Source: Octopus vulgaris
Lineage: Eukaryota
NCBI GenBank assembly: GCA_951406725.2
Contig: OX597832.1
Location: 8,308,001 to 8,372,000 of the forward strand
Direction of reading: 5' to 3'
DNA length: 64,000 bases
The notes beneath the pieces were generated by a model that saw only the letters and a list, made by a program, of their open reading frames with translations, made no database searches and was not told the DNA's origin. The stretch's first letter is position 1, and the number at the start of each line of letters is the position of its first letter. The position numbers and the translations under genes were made by a program. Shown here one piece after another: positions 26,642 through 40,409 of the stretch.

Positions 26642-28983
26642 GAGCATATATATATATATATATATATACGTATGTGTATGTATCTATATCTGTATGCATA
26701 AATGTGTATGTTTGTATGTGTGTGTATGTATGTATGTATGCGTGCATGCATGTTTGTACATATGTATATGTGTACATTTTGGTCTGCATTCTAAGGAAAT
26801 ATATTTCACTCTCTGTAGAATGGCGTGGTGTGATTTGTTTTCAAGTAGGCTATACGTTGAGTTATATCACAGAAGCATACAATTTATGTCGAATGAATGT
26901 CTGCTATGCTTTCAAACATTCTTCAAATTTGAACTAACGCAGCGAAACAATACAAACAAATTGCGCTTCTTGCACATTATCATTCGCGTTCTTGATATAT
27001 GCAACGTCTAAACACATACGTTCGATATATAACGATAAATCAAGCTAATAAATAAATCTTTAATATTGTTCACAAACAAAGCTCGCATTTATACATTTTC
27101 ATATGCCGTCCTAATTTATTGCCCGTTAGGAATATGATTAAGATGAGGCTTCTACCTGCAAGGTGGATTGTAGCTAACCTAGACTTGTTTATTACGACCA
27201 CGGAAATTGTGATCAGAGAAGCAATACATCGTTATATGAGAAATTCTTTAACTCAAGCTGCGACATATCCAAATATGATTAGTGGAATATAAAATTGGTG
27301 AAGATATAAACTTGCTGATTTTGGGCCTGTGAACTTAATTTGAATTACAGTACACAACTTATATTATAAGATTCCTATTTCTCTACCATGCGCTGAATCT
27401 TGATACGTCCTACTATAACAAATCTCTCACTCTTTGATATCACATCGATGTCATTAAGGACACATGTAGGACAAGTTACATAGCTGATTAATATCTCTCG
27501 CCTCACGCTGCTTGTAATCTTATTATGCACTGTAAGTTCTGTTCAGGCCTCTGTTACCTTATTGATCAATGCTTTGAGTAACACACGTATTCTCAATCAC
27601 ATTGATGTAACCTACGCTAAACATTGTTATCTATTTAATGCACATCATTAATGCACTATGTGTACGCACACTCAATGCTGACTCATCATCATTATATCAT
27701 ATTCTATCATTAAAGAAAATTTTTAAAAAAGCAATTTATAAAATAAGAACCTTTACATCTTACAGTACAGAGCCTGACATTATACAACGTGTATAATGGA
27801 AAAGCGAGTTCGAAAAGCTTTAACGAAGTGACCTGTCTAATACTCAGTCGTTTACTCTTTTTCACAACAATCACTCTGAACTCTTCTTACTTGCCCTTTG
27901 CAAAAACAGAATAAAACACTTTTTCTGCAAGCAAAATATCATGTCATTTTGAGGTGTGTATTTTAAAATCTGGAGGAAACCACAAAGAATATCACATATT
28001 CAGAAGTTACTTGCAAACCAATACTATTGCATTAATACCAGAAAATACAGTAGCTTTGCAGAATCGCTTTAGTGGTTATGTAGAAATTCCCTTATTTGTT
28101 TTATCTCTTTTCGTTCTGGGTTCAAATGCCGCTAAACTCTGAGTGACTTTCGTCTATTTGGAGTCGATAAAATTAGGCCCAGTAATGTACCTCGATCTTC
28201 TAAATGAACTAATGTTATTAATACAAGCATTGTTTATAAAGCTTTTCACATTGACAGAATCAGTACATTTGCAACGAAAGCTTCAATTTCGCTGCCCACA
28301 CGCCACCGAGGTTATTTCTTCTATCACTGTTTTTCTTTTTTAATTTTACGAAATATGTAACTGCATTAAAAGAAGAAAGACACAAAAGATAAGGAAAGAT
28401 ATAAGATAAATGTATCAAGAAGGAAAGTACAAAAATTACTGCAGTCATGTAGGAAGAGCAAAGTCGTATACTTTTAATGTATTCGGTACACAACCAATCA
28501 TAAATTGCAATAACTTTTAATTTTTCTCAATTATTGAAATAAATGACTGCAAAGTAAGAACAGAAGACGCCTTCTGCTTGGAACCTTAATTCTAAAATGG
28601 GTGCTAACAACTGATTTTAACTAATTAAATTAAAATCTTAATCTTGGGAGCAATGATTTAGTCAATAAACAATTCAGAACAAACAATGAATAGTTGGAGA
28701 AAACTTGCGATATTACAATTAATCAAAATTCATTAAAGCGGGAATGGTGGATAGAGTGAATCTAATCTTTGGAGTATTAATAATATTTTCAGTAATATTC
28801 ATCCTTCCATTTTCTCGAACCGAAATTTTGAATTATAAAATTATTGTCTTTAACATTACTTAATTAAAAATGATTATATACTACATTGGTTAAGCTGGTT
28901 GTAATTTGTTGCCAGGTTTTGTTCTGCAATGTTTATCTTCATAAACAAATTCAACGTGGTATTTGAACACAGTAAAACCTTAC

Positions 28984-29070
28984 ACCGAATAAATAATTCA
29001 GCAAATGTCCTACCCGCTCCATCTCCAGCTGCAGTGATCAGTACTACTTCACGTTTAACAATAATTGTGT
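28984..29070 (-). pseudogene. Possible exon (or decayed exon) of a short-chain dehydrogenase/reductase
   Basis: VKREVVLITAAGDGAGRTFAELF resembles the SDR Rossmann motif (VLITGAGxGIGR) and is followed by a GTAAG donor. No clean acceptor or other exons found. Confidence 0.3.
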
Positions 29071-29362
29071 ATGAAAACAATATGGAAATGAAAGAATCTA
29101 ATTATCAAATATTCGACGTTTATTCCTTAAAGGTATTTATTTACCATCATTATTGGATCTTAAACTGCAGGATTATTACACGACAGGCCATCATGCGTAT
29201 AATAGACCGTTTATATTCTCGGGCGAAATATCTTCCAATAAAGAACACTAGTATCTGTTTACATACCTAAATACATGCATACAAACAATATATATATATA
29301 CACATATACATATATATGCGTGGTATGTGTATGTACATATGTACAGAAATGCATGTAAGTAT

Positions 29363-29418
<56 letters not shown>

Positions 29419-29426
29419 GTATATTT

Positions 29427-29476
<50 letters not shown>

Positions 29477-30831
29477 ATAAGCCCACATATTTACTTATCC
29501 CGTCATCCTTGCAAGGATTGCCAGTTCTCTAGATTTCTTTATGAATATATTCTTCCAAAGTTATATGAATTTCGATTACTTCTGCATCATAATCCAAAGA
29601 TGTCTTTAGAAAAATTACGTGAATCGAATAGGTTATTGTCATATTACGATTTATTTTACAATTCAGGTATCATCTCATATGTGTCCAGCTATTATTGATC
29701 AATGCTCAATAACTCAGTCTTGAATAAGTTGGAAAATTTTGTCTATTTACACGTGCATTCTACAAGTATATATTCATGTTCTAATCATTCTACTTATTGT
29801 TGTCGTATAAGCCATACCCATTGTTTATTTCACTGATCTATGATGAAATGCAATCTTGTTGAAGCCATGATGATTTATTTCACAATAGACTCAGGATTAC
29901 ATGAAGTACTTTTTTTTTACAAGATTTAGGTTGTGTTCTTAGGGAAAGTCGATTTATCTATAGCAGATATATGGACCGCATTGATGTTTCCGCAGTTTTA
30001 TGAGGCATTTGCATTTAGTGATATTTATTAGTTGACACTAATTTTAATGACTTGTTACATATATTTTGTTGATCTAATCAATATAAACGTTTGTATTATT
30101 TCGTACTTATTTCATCCTATCATAAAGTTTAATATAACGAGATACCTAAACTCGCGTATGCATATAAGGAGGTGATTTCTTAGAAGGAAAGCTGCAGCTT
30201 AAGGCATTTAAAACAAAACATCCACGTTAAGCTGGATGTGCAAATTAATATTTTTTACAGAGGCAGCTTTCACTTCTCATCGCACATTTATATACAGCCT
30301 ATTAGCTTTTCACAAGTTCACTGCCTTTGACCCAGTGTTAAACTATATCATTCTTACATTATATAATTTGTCGAACTGCACGCCAGATATTAACACGAAG
30401 TCAAAAACACGAGTAGTTCGGCCTATTATATGTGTGTGTGTGTGAGAGAGAGAGAGAGACAGAGAGCGAGTGCCATTTACACATACATACAAAGAATACA
30501 TATATGATAAGACATACCTTCACATATTCTCTCTCACGCTCATGCGCACACGCACTCACGTCCATTTCATAAACACGCCCATACATCTTTCCCTTTCTCT
30601 TTAACTTTCTCCTCCCTTTCCCTTTCTACTCTCATTTCAAAGCAAATGGCACCTTCTCACTTTCAGCTTTCCCTCAATTTCTGCTCTATTCATAGCATAT
30701 AGAAAAAAAGAAAACATTACGGAAATTAACGAACAATCATATGACACTATATGATGGACCAAATGAAATAGTTGACAAATTTGCTGCTTCAAACGAATGA
30801 ATACCATAAAATAATTTCCTTTGGCACACAC

Positions 30832-30875
<44 letters not shown>

Positions 30876-31159
30876 TAAGAAAATCTTCTGTGCGAATTAT
30901 GTATTTCTTGTTATGGGCACGCGCAAGATTACAGCTCAAACCCAATTGAAATAGCATTTTTCTATGCTGTAACTTGCGTTTGTGAATCGCTTGTGTAAAA
31001 ACCTAATCGGTGATATAAACTTAAATGTTTTCCCAGAAATTCTGTCCTTTACCTGTTGTTTCTTGCATGTCCGAGGTGCCATCTGCGCACCACTCGTATT
31101 TTTTCCTAAATTTTTTTCCGATTCCTGTTTTCGAGACAGCAGATTGATATTTGCCCCCC

Positions 31160-31690
31160 CCCCTAAAAAAAACGCGTTCTCAATATTTTAATTTTCTGCT
31201 ACCCCACACTAATTTCTTGATTTTTTACTTTTTGCCAAGATTTTTTTTTCTTAGTAATCCATGAAGAAAAAAAGACGCACGAAGCCTTAAGTATTTACTA
31301 CTTTTCTTGAAGAATCACTAAAATCTACTTTCGAAACACCCACCCGTCACCTAAATACTTTCAAAAAGCTACAAACGCCCAATACTTCACTTTAAGCCTT
31401 TTGGAAAGCTCTTTCAGTACAATTCTACGCATGCGTGAAACATCAGAGGAAAGTGAAACATTAGGAAAGTTTAGCTTTTTGAATGTGGGTTGGTGATGGT
31501 TGGGCGAGGTGGGTCAATGGGCATTGAGCGTTTCTTTAAGAAAAATTATACTTTAATATATATATATATTGTGATCCGTATTTTTCTACGTGGATAACAA
31601 AAGCTTCGATAAAAACTTAAAAATCAAGAAATTGCGGTGGGGACAGGGGGGAAAATTGAAAGTTTGAAATGTGATTTCTGGGCCAAATCG
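31160..31690. mobile_element. Degenerate palindromic MITE/foldback-like element
   Basis: Nested inverted matches (aatttcttgattttt / aaaaatcaagaaatt; ttcaaaaagcta / tagctttttgaa) around the central palindrome ACGCATGCGT at 31427-31436. Confidence 0.55.
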
Positions 31691-31972
31691 TATTAACCCT
31701 CTTTTATAAGATGAAGCGATACATAGTTTATGATCCTTCTTAAGAACAGAAAACACTATCATACAAATCCATGCAAATTATACCCTCTTCACTTTCAAAC
31801 AAACAATATCTTGCATTACGCCAGTAAGGCAGTTCACTATCTATCAGCTGTATTCATTCTGCCTTTAAGAAAAGAACAAAGAATACAATATGGCAGTAGG
31901 TCATCATTCGCGCAAAACCGCGATGTATTGTTAGTATACTATATACACGTGTGTACATGACTATGTGTTTAT

Positions 31973-33190
31973 ATGTATGTAATATCTATATCTATATACC
32001 AACAGGTGTCCGGGGTCGCGATGGGAACTAGGATGGGCCCCAATTTCGCCAATCTCTTTCTTGGCTACATTGAGGCCCAAGTGTTCTCCCAGTTCTCTGG
32101 GCCGACCCCCGAACTATACGGTCGCTATATCGACGACTGCGTAGGTGCCACCTCCCTTTCCCGGGAACTTCTCGGCCAATTCATCTCTTTCCTTTCCAAC
32201 TTTCACCCCTCTCTTCAATTCACCTCCACCATCTCCAACACCTCTGTCAACTTCCTTGACATCTCTCTCCGCATCGATCACCCCTCCAGCTCTCTCACCA
32301 CCACCGCCTTCTTTAAACCTACGGATTCCCACCTCTATCTCAACTTCTCTTCCTCCCACCCCTTCCACACCAAACGAGCCATCCCCTACTCCCAGTTCCT
32401 CCGCCTCCGACGTTTGTGCAGCCGCGACCAGGATTTCGAGACCCAATCTCAATACCTGGCCCGCATGTTCAGACTCCGAGGTTACCCACCCACACTCCTC
32501 TCTGATGCCCTCACCCGCGCCCGTCGCATCGACCGCACTACCGCCTTGTCTCCTTCCTCCCGCCCACCCCCCAACCGCACCCCCTTCCCCCTCCTTTTCC
32601 ACCCCTCTACCCTACCCCTTCGTCGCAAGATACTACGTGCCTTCCGTCGCCTCCAGCTTGATCCCACCACCCGCCCCATTTTCCCTAACCCACCCCTGTC
32701 CTCTTTCAAACGAGCCCGCAATCTGCGTGACCTCCTGGTCCACAGCACCCTCTCTCCTTCCCCCTCAGCCCCACACGGATCATTCCCTTGCTCTAGATCC
32801 CGCTGCAACACTTGCCCCTTCATCACCAACACCACCGCTGTCACCGGCTCCAACCTGCATACTGTACGCATTAGGCACTCTTTTACGTGCACCTCGTCTG
32901 GCCTTATTTACTGCATTAAATGCAACCTATGCGGGATGCTGTATGTAGGTCAGACGGGACGCCGGTTGTCCGACCGTTTCACTGAACACTTGAGGGACGT
33001 TCGCCTACACTCTTTTTCTCCCGTCGCACGCCACTTCCGCTCGGCCGGCCATTCCCGAGATGACATCTCAGTGTTTGGTCTCGCCCCCCACAATGGTCGC
33101 CCACTTTCCAGGCTCCACTTGGAGCAACGCTACATCTTCACCCTACAAACTACCACCCCACACGGACTTAACACAGCCCCCTCCTCTTGA
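31973..33190 (+). CDS. PLE reverse transcriptase (C-terminal part) + Zn finger + GIY-YIG endonuclease
   Basis: GVAMGTRMGPNFANLF, RYIDD, VNFLDI, KPTDSH, AIPYSQFLRLRRLCS, PCSRSRCNTC, LIYCIKC...YVGQTGRRL..RFTEH, TTPHGLN. Homology starts about 31996; the Met comes from flanking sequence. Confidence 0.92.
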   Translation: MYVISISIYQQVSGVAMGTRMGPNFANLFLGYIEAQVFSQFSGPTPELYGRYIDDCVGATSLSRELLGQFISFLSNFHPSLQFTSTISNTSVNFLDISLRIDHPSSSLTTTAFFKPTDSHLYLNFSSSHPFHTKRAIPYSQFLRLRRLCSRDQDFETQSQYLARMFRLRGYPPTLLSDALTRARRIDRTTALSPSSRPPPNRTPFPLLFHPSTLPLRRKILRAFRRLQLDPTTRPIFPNPPLSSFKRARNLRDLLVHSTLSPSPSAPHGSFPCSRSRCNTCPFITNTTAVTGSNLHTVRIRHSFTCTSSGLIYCIKCNLCGMLYVGQTGRRLSDRFTEHLRDVRLHSFSPVARHFRSAGHSRDDISVFGLAPHNGRPLSRLHLEQRYIFTLQTTTPHGLNTAPSS

Positions 33191-36180
33191 GACCGTTTTT
33201 TTTTTTTTTTTTTCGGACACACCACCCACACACACCCACCCACCTACCTCCCACCCACCTACCTCCCACACGCCTGTTCACACACACATACGTAGACCCA
33301 TCTACGTACATACATTCACACATTTAATCACACACACTTACAGACACACATGCACATACACACACACATACATACATACACACACGCATACATACTTACA
33401 CACACACACACACACACAGACATACATACACACATACACACACACATACATACGCACATACATACACACACACACACACACACCGCACGTACATACTTCA
33501 CACACACACACATGCACACATACATGTAGGCACATACATACATACATACCCACACATGCACACCCGTACACTGAATGCACACACACATACACCTTTTTGC
33601 ATCCAGGCAGCCCCCCTCTTTTCTGCTTTCCGGTTTTGGCTGATGGATCCTCGGTTCCCGCGTAGCGGGGCGTTCGAGGGCCTTTGCGCTCGCGCGCCTT
33701 GGCGCGCGCTGGGGCTCGGTCGGCCCCTTTGGGCTTGCGTTGCACTGCTTGTGCGCTGTGTGCGTGAGCGCGCTTCGTGTGTGTGGCTTGCTTCGGATGT
33801 GCGCTTGCGTATGTTTGCATACATACCCACACACTCGCATGCATCCCTACCCACATACATACACGCACACCTACTCACACACACACATACACACACACAC
33901 ATACCCGCACACACACACACATACATACATACACACACATACCCACTTCAGACATACACACACACAGACATACACCCATACACCCACACTCACACGCATA
34001 CACACACACATACACACGCACACGTACACATACACACACACACACACCTACATACATACATTACACTTGTATACACACACACTTACATTCATACACACAC
34101 ACACCTACACAGCCATACCCTCACTCAGACACACACATCTACCTACACACACACAAACACACACTGACACACACCCATACATACATACATCTACACACTC
34201 ACGCCTACACACATACATACACACATACATAAACACACACACATACACATACACACACATACGCACACACGCATATACTTATACACATGCACACACACAC
34301 ATACATACATACACCCATATACATACACACACACATACCTACATACTCCTATACGCACATACATACACACAGACATACACACATACACACTCACACAAAC
34401 ATACACACACACATACTTACACACACACTCACCTGCACGCGCACACACATGCATGACAAACACTCATACACTCACACTCACATACGCACACACCAACATA
34501 AACACGCACACGCACACACACACCTACACTCCCACACACATACACACGCACCTACATACACACACGCACGCATACACACGCATACACACATACATTACAC
34601 ACGTACACACACACCTACATACACATGCATACACACACACACACAAACATGCACGGACACACCCAGACATACATACATACACCTATATACACACGCCCAC
34701 ACACCTACATACACACACATATACACACGCCCACACAGCTACATACACACACATACATACACACATACACGGACACACCCATACATACTTACATACATAC
34801 ACCTATACACACACGCCTACACACCTACACACACATGCACACACACACACATGTACGCACATACACACACATATACGCACACACATATATACCCACACAC
34901 ATGCACACACACACACATACGCACATACATGCACGCATGCACACGCGCACACCTACACGCATACACACACACACACGCACGTACACATACATACATACAC
35001 ACACGCATACATACACCCATACACATACATGCATCCTACACACACATACATACACACTCACACATACATACACACACACGCACTCACTCACACACCTGTA
35101 TGTTCGCGCACACACATGCACATACACACACTTCCCCACACCCACACGTACATACATACACACTCATACACATACACACACACACACACACGGACATACA
35201 TCTATGCACACACATATATACACACATACTCACATACATTCATCGGACACACTGCCACCCAGACATACACACAGACACACTCACACATCCACACGCACAC
35301 ATACGTACGCGCACACTCGCAGGCGCGCGCACACACGCGCTTGCGCCGGTGGGCGCACGCATGCGCGCCGCATGCACCTCGCCCTTGGACCCGACGAGAC
35401 CTCCCGCCCGTTCCTGGGATGTCGCTTGTCGTTGGGTTTTCCCACGCCCGTCTCCGCGGTACCACTCTTCCATCTTCCCATCCGCTGGAGTCTTTTTCCT
35501 AAACCCCCCTTTTTTTTCGTTACACACACGCGCACACATATACACACATTGCTTAAACATATACATTACTCTTACACACATTCAATCTACTCGCCACTAA
35601 TACTACCACGACACTGGACACACACACACACTACTACTCAACACACGCTGGCACGCTACATACGCCCCCACCCCTTCCCCTCCCTCCCTTCCTCCTTCCT
35701 CCCTTTTCTTACTACTGACCTTTGTCTGCTATGCTGCTGCTATGCTGACCACCGTCTCGCCCTACCTCACACGCCTACACACAGACGCACACACTAACAC
35801 ATACATATATTTTTTGTTTTTTTACCTCGCCTCACACACACACATACACACACGCACACGCACACACTCACACATACACACACATCTGTTGCGTTACCAA
35901 CCTTGTCTCCACTCTTTTGCCTTTAAAAACCCACTTTGCTCTTGTTATCGTAAACATCCGCCTTTCACCATGTGCTATTCCTAACACCAGTCGTTTTTTT
36001 CTCTATCTCCGTTGCCCGCTCCGGGATCTTTCTTTCCTCTCTCTTCCTTCTTTATGTTTCCGACGAAGAGCTCCGCTCGAAACGTCATACCTCCCTGCTT
36101 CCATTTCCTGAGCGCCTATTAATAATAATACTGTAATTGTTCCATTGTTGTTGTTCTTTTGTTTCCCGTTTGGATTAAAA

Positions 36181-36182
<2 letters not shown>
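31996..36182 (+). mobile_element. 5'-truncated Neptune-type PLE (second family, C-rich) with a ~3-kb cryptic-CA 3' region ending in a hammerhead and (TA)n
   Basis: RT/GIY-YIG ORF, then a CA/CATA cryptic repeat with GC-rich islands, a hammerhead-like motif at 36056-36090, and a tail homologous to 23915-24050 (-). Confidence 0.8.
36056..36090 (+). ncRNA. Minimal hammerhead-like motif with CCGACGA (U4C) core
   Basis: gttt CCGACGA a gagc tcc gctc GAAA c GTC atac. Confidence 0.55.
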
Positions 36183-36252
<70 letters not shown>

Positions 36253-36255
<3 letters not shown>

Positions 36256-36429
36256 CGCAGGAGTGGCTGTGTGGTAAGTGGCTTGCTTACCAAACATATG
36301 GTTCCGGGTTCAGTCACTTGGGCAAGTGTCTTCTGATATAGCCTTGGGCCGACAAAAGCCTTGTGAGTGGATTTGGTAGACGGAAACATCATCATCACCA
36401 TGATCATCATCTTCTTCTTCTCCTTCTTC

Positions 36430-36484
<55 letters not shown>

Positions 36485-36956
36485 ACATCGTTATGTTCTT
36501 CTTCTTCTTCTTCTTCTTCTCCACCTTCTACCTCTTGACTATATCACTAATGCTTTTTAGTATAACCCCTACGCAAATTCCATAAACAAACCTTTCAATA
36601 GAAATATTCTCCTGAATTGAACTGCAACTGCTAGCCGCCACTGACCATTCAAAATACGACCATCAAGGCACTCCCAAATTTTCCACCCCATCTCCTCATC
36701 AACCTTCTTCTTCTTCTACCCTACCAAAAATTCACAACGACCTCGAACACACAAGTGCAAACAAGGGAGACAGAGAAAGGCAGAATGCCACTTATATTTG
36801 AACACTATACAAATATTCCTTTAAAAAAACTTTTCTTTTAATTTTTCTAAATTTAATTATTTAATCGTTACAGTTGAAAAGGTCTCAAAATGACCGGAAC
36901 CGGTACTGAAATGTTCTTTATAAAATTATTTTAGCATTTTCTATTTTGACTTGTTT

Positions 36957-37050
<94 letters not shown>

Positions 37051-37212
37051 ATGTTTGTGTATCTGTGTCTGTCCCCCTAGCATTGCTTGACAACCGATGC
37101 TGGTTTGTTTATGTCCCCGTCACATAGCGGGTCGGCAAAAGAGACCAAAGAATAAGTCCCGGGGTCGAGTTGCTCAACTAAAGGCGGTGAAATGACTGAA
37201 ACAAGTAAAAGA
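36253..37212 (+). mobile_element. OK-like tRNA-derived SINE interrupted by a PLE tail
   Basis: Head ggcgcaggagtggctgtgtggtaag...ggttccgggttcagtc at 36253-36387. Body resumes at about 37050 (cattgcttgacaaccgatgctgg...gaaacaagtaaaagag). Confidence 0.85.
36388..36960 (+). mobile_element. 3' UTR of the Neptune family seen at 41.3-49.4 kb, with a hammerhead at 36866-36913 (GAAA mutated to GGAA)
   Basis: Colinear with about 48860-49390, including the (ATC)/(TTC) arrays and the terminal tgttttttcatata. Confidence 0.9.
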
Positions 37213-37268
37213 GAGAAAAGAAAGAAAGATATATATATATATATTATATAAGCGTGTATACGTGTGTG

Positions 37269-37300
<32 letters not shown>

Positions 37301-37993
37301 CATACATACATACATGCACATAGACATATATATATGCATACAAGAATTCGTGGTAATCATAAGAGTAAAAGACTTTTGAAATACAGCTTCTCGTGTATTT
37401 CGCAGCAGCTCATTCTTTTTACGGCTTCATTCGATACATATAAATCATGACTAATCGACAGAATTCTTTCTAGAACCAACTGAATTTAATTTGCAGTTTC
37501 GTATCTAAGCACAGTATCAATCTCATGCAGGCGTAAGCGTAAGGAGAAACTGTGAGTTATGGGTTCAAGCAGAGAAGTAAGGAAAAACTGAATTATGTGC
37601 TAAGGCAGAGAGGTACAAAAGAACACCATTTAAAAAAAAAAACGTGTTACTAAATTTCTTGATCTGAAACACTCAAAAATGTTGCAACAAATCACATGCT
37701 AAAATGCCATGCGCTACTCTAGCGTATTATTCTCATCATAGTGTTTCAAACATGTAATTACTGATTTTAAAAACAGAAGACAACACAGTCATTTAGAAAA
37801 TTAAGTGAACAAGAAACGTTTGTAAATTAATCTTCGTCTCTCCATTTCTTTTTAACCGTAAAAAATTGTATATGACTGTATGTGTGCGCGCGTAAGTGAA
37901 TATATGTAAGCATGCATACATAAAAACATGAACATATATTTATACATACGTACATGCACACGTATATTTATAGATGCATACATAGATGCACAT

Positions 37994-38036
<43 letters not shown>

Positions 38037-38359
38037 GAGAGAGAGTGAGCGAGTTTGATAGATAGATAAGAATTTTTTACGTAATAAGATAAAAAACCAA
38101 GGCTGTATAGATGTTAGACATAGCTGTAAGACCTGTCTATAATTGCGCTAATACCTTCTATCTATAAATGCTCTAATATCTACACAGCCTTGGTTTATTT
38201 TTTAATCTTATTACGCAAAAAATTCTTATATACACACGCTGACATAGAACCAACGTTGAACACTTTATTTGCAATATTACTGAATCTAGAACTTAACTAT
38301 AGTCTGTCTATAGCACTTATTCAACATTACCTGACATCTTTGGGTCTCAATGATTATCA

Positions 38360-38435
<76 letters not shown>

Positions 38436-38559
38436 GTATGTATATATGCATAGGCGTACATAAAATACTCATTATATGTACATAGTATATATATATATAG
38501 ATAGATACATACATACATAATATATATACATATACATACATACATACTTACATACATAC

Positions 38560-38615
<56 letters not shown>

Positions 38616-39627
38616 GTATGTATATATGTATATGTTTGTAGATTTATAATATTTACGTATTATTAAAATAACTGCAAGTTTTCTACCAGAATCTATTAAT
38701 ACGAAATATGGATCATATTCCTGCATCAGAGGTCCCCACCAGCACCGGTGATCATGAAACCGCTTGCTACCGAAAATCTAGGTATATTACCTTAACACTG
38801 ACTGCAATTAGCACTCGCTGCTCCACAGCCACGACGAACAGGGTACAAATCCATCAATGTCTATGCAGGCCGCTAACCGTTCCCACGACCTTATGTATCT
38901 CTTGTAGCTACCTACATTCGCCTCCATATGCATGTTATGCGCACGGAAACACACACACATACGCACGCACATTAACCTCTATGAAAAAAACACACATATA
39001 TACGTTCGTACACATGCACACATACACTCATGCACACATATGTACGTATTCCTGTCTGTTCTTATCTCTCCTACACTACCAAGTCTCAAGTCAACGCCTA
39101 TTCTCTAAAACATTGCTCCGGCAATGCAATAAGCATACATCTTCCACATCATCACATATAAATACTAAGAGTATAAATACACTCACACCCACGCTCACAC
39201 ACATAAAACATACCAGAGACAAACACATACGGGCACGAATATTTGTACATCCACGCAAACGGGCACTGATACTTTTTATACTGAAATGCAAGCATATACA
39301 CACTAACGTACACACAGACAAACACAAACACACAGACACACACACACACACATACACACACACATACAGACACTCGCCACGGTCCAAGATGACATGTCTA
39401 GCCACGCGTTGCAAGAAATACTCCTTTCCAATATATCTGGTGTCGCTATGTTGCCAATCGTACTTCTTGTTACCAACAGCAGCCCATTTTCCAGTAGACA
39501 TCTCAGACCACCTGCCTTTCTTTATTCGGTAATATAAACCTCAACGAGCCCGATGAAACTGTTTTAAATAACAATATGTATAGCTCTTACAAGATGTATT
39601 GAGGGTCTCTTACTTCCATTTATTCGA

Positions 39628-39667
<40 letters not shown>

Positions 39668-40364
39668 GTATAGATATGTATATGTATATATGTATATACA
39701 CAAGGTGTTTATAAAATACTGACGACGCTAAACACACCTGTTTCGGTTGTGGAACTGCTAGCTACTGAATGGGGCTAGTCACAGCAAAGAATTCCTCGAT
39801 TATAATGAATATGCACAAGGGTATTACATGCAACAGAAACCATTCTATCTCTGTAAGAAATCGCAAGCATTTTCTCTTCGTTGAATATTTTCTCCCGAAA
39901 GATTCACGTTCAGAAAATTAACTAATACTTAATCGGACATGTATATAAGCCTCAAGAAATTCCTGAGCAGAGTTTCACTGGTAATGACTTGCTAATTAAT
40001 TTATTCTTATTCAGCTGATATTCTGGCGAAATTTCTATTGGCAATTTTTGTGGTACAGAAATTAATTCCGAAATAAATTCAATTGAAATCCCTAGCATTT
40101 CGGCAACGTCAAGACCGTATTCGGCAGTCACAGTCAATGAGACAAAAAGGGATACACTATCAACAGGAGTAGCATGAAGAGAAACGCCAACTGCACTAAC
40201 AACAGCAACTAAATGATAAAAAGTACACCAGCAACACAAATAATCCTATTTTAATCACGTAGATATATTAATTCTTACTCAAACAACGCAGCACAGGTGT
40301 TTATTTTCATGACAGTATTCATAGATACATGATTGTGTCAATATATATATATGGAAACTCTCTC

Positions 40365-40409
<45 letters not shown>

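Noticed and set aside
33060-35797. Long His/Thr-rich ORFs of up to 437 aa
   Set aside because: Open in several frames because the CA-rich repeat lacks stops; it lies in a PLE 3' region.
39952-40239. 95-aa ORF with a signal-peptide-like start
   Set aside because: No recognisable domain, splice context or homologue in the window.
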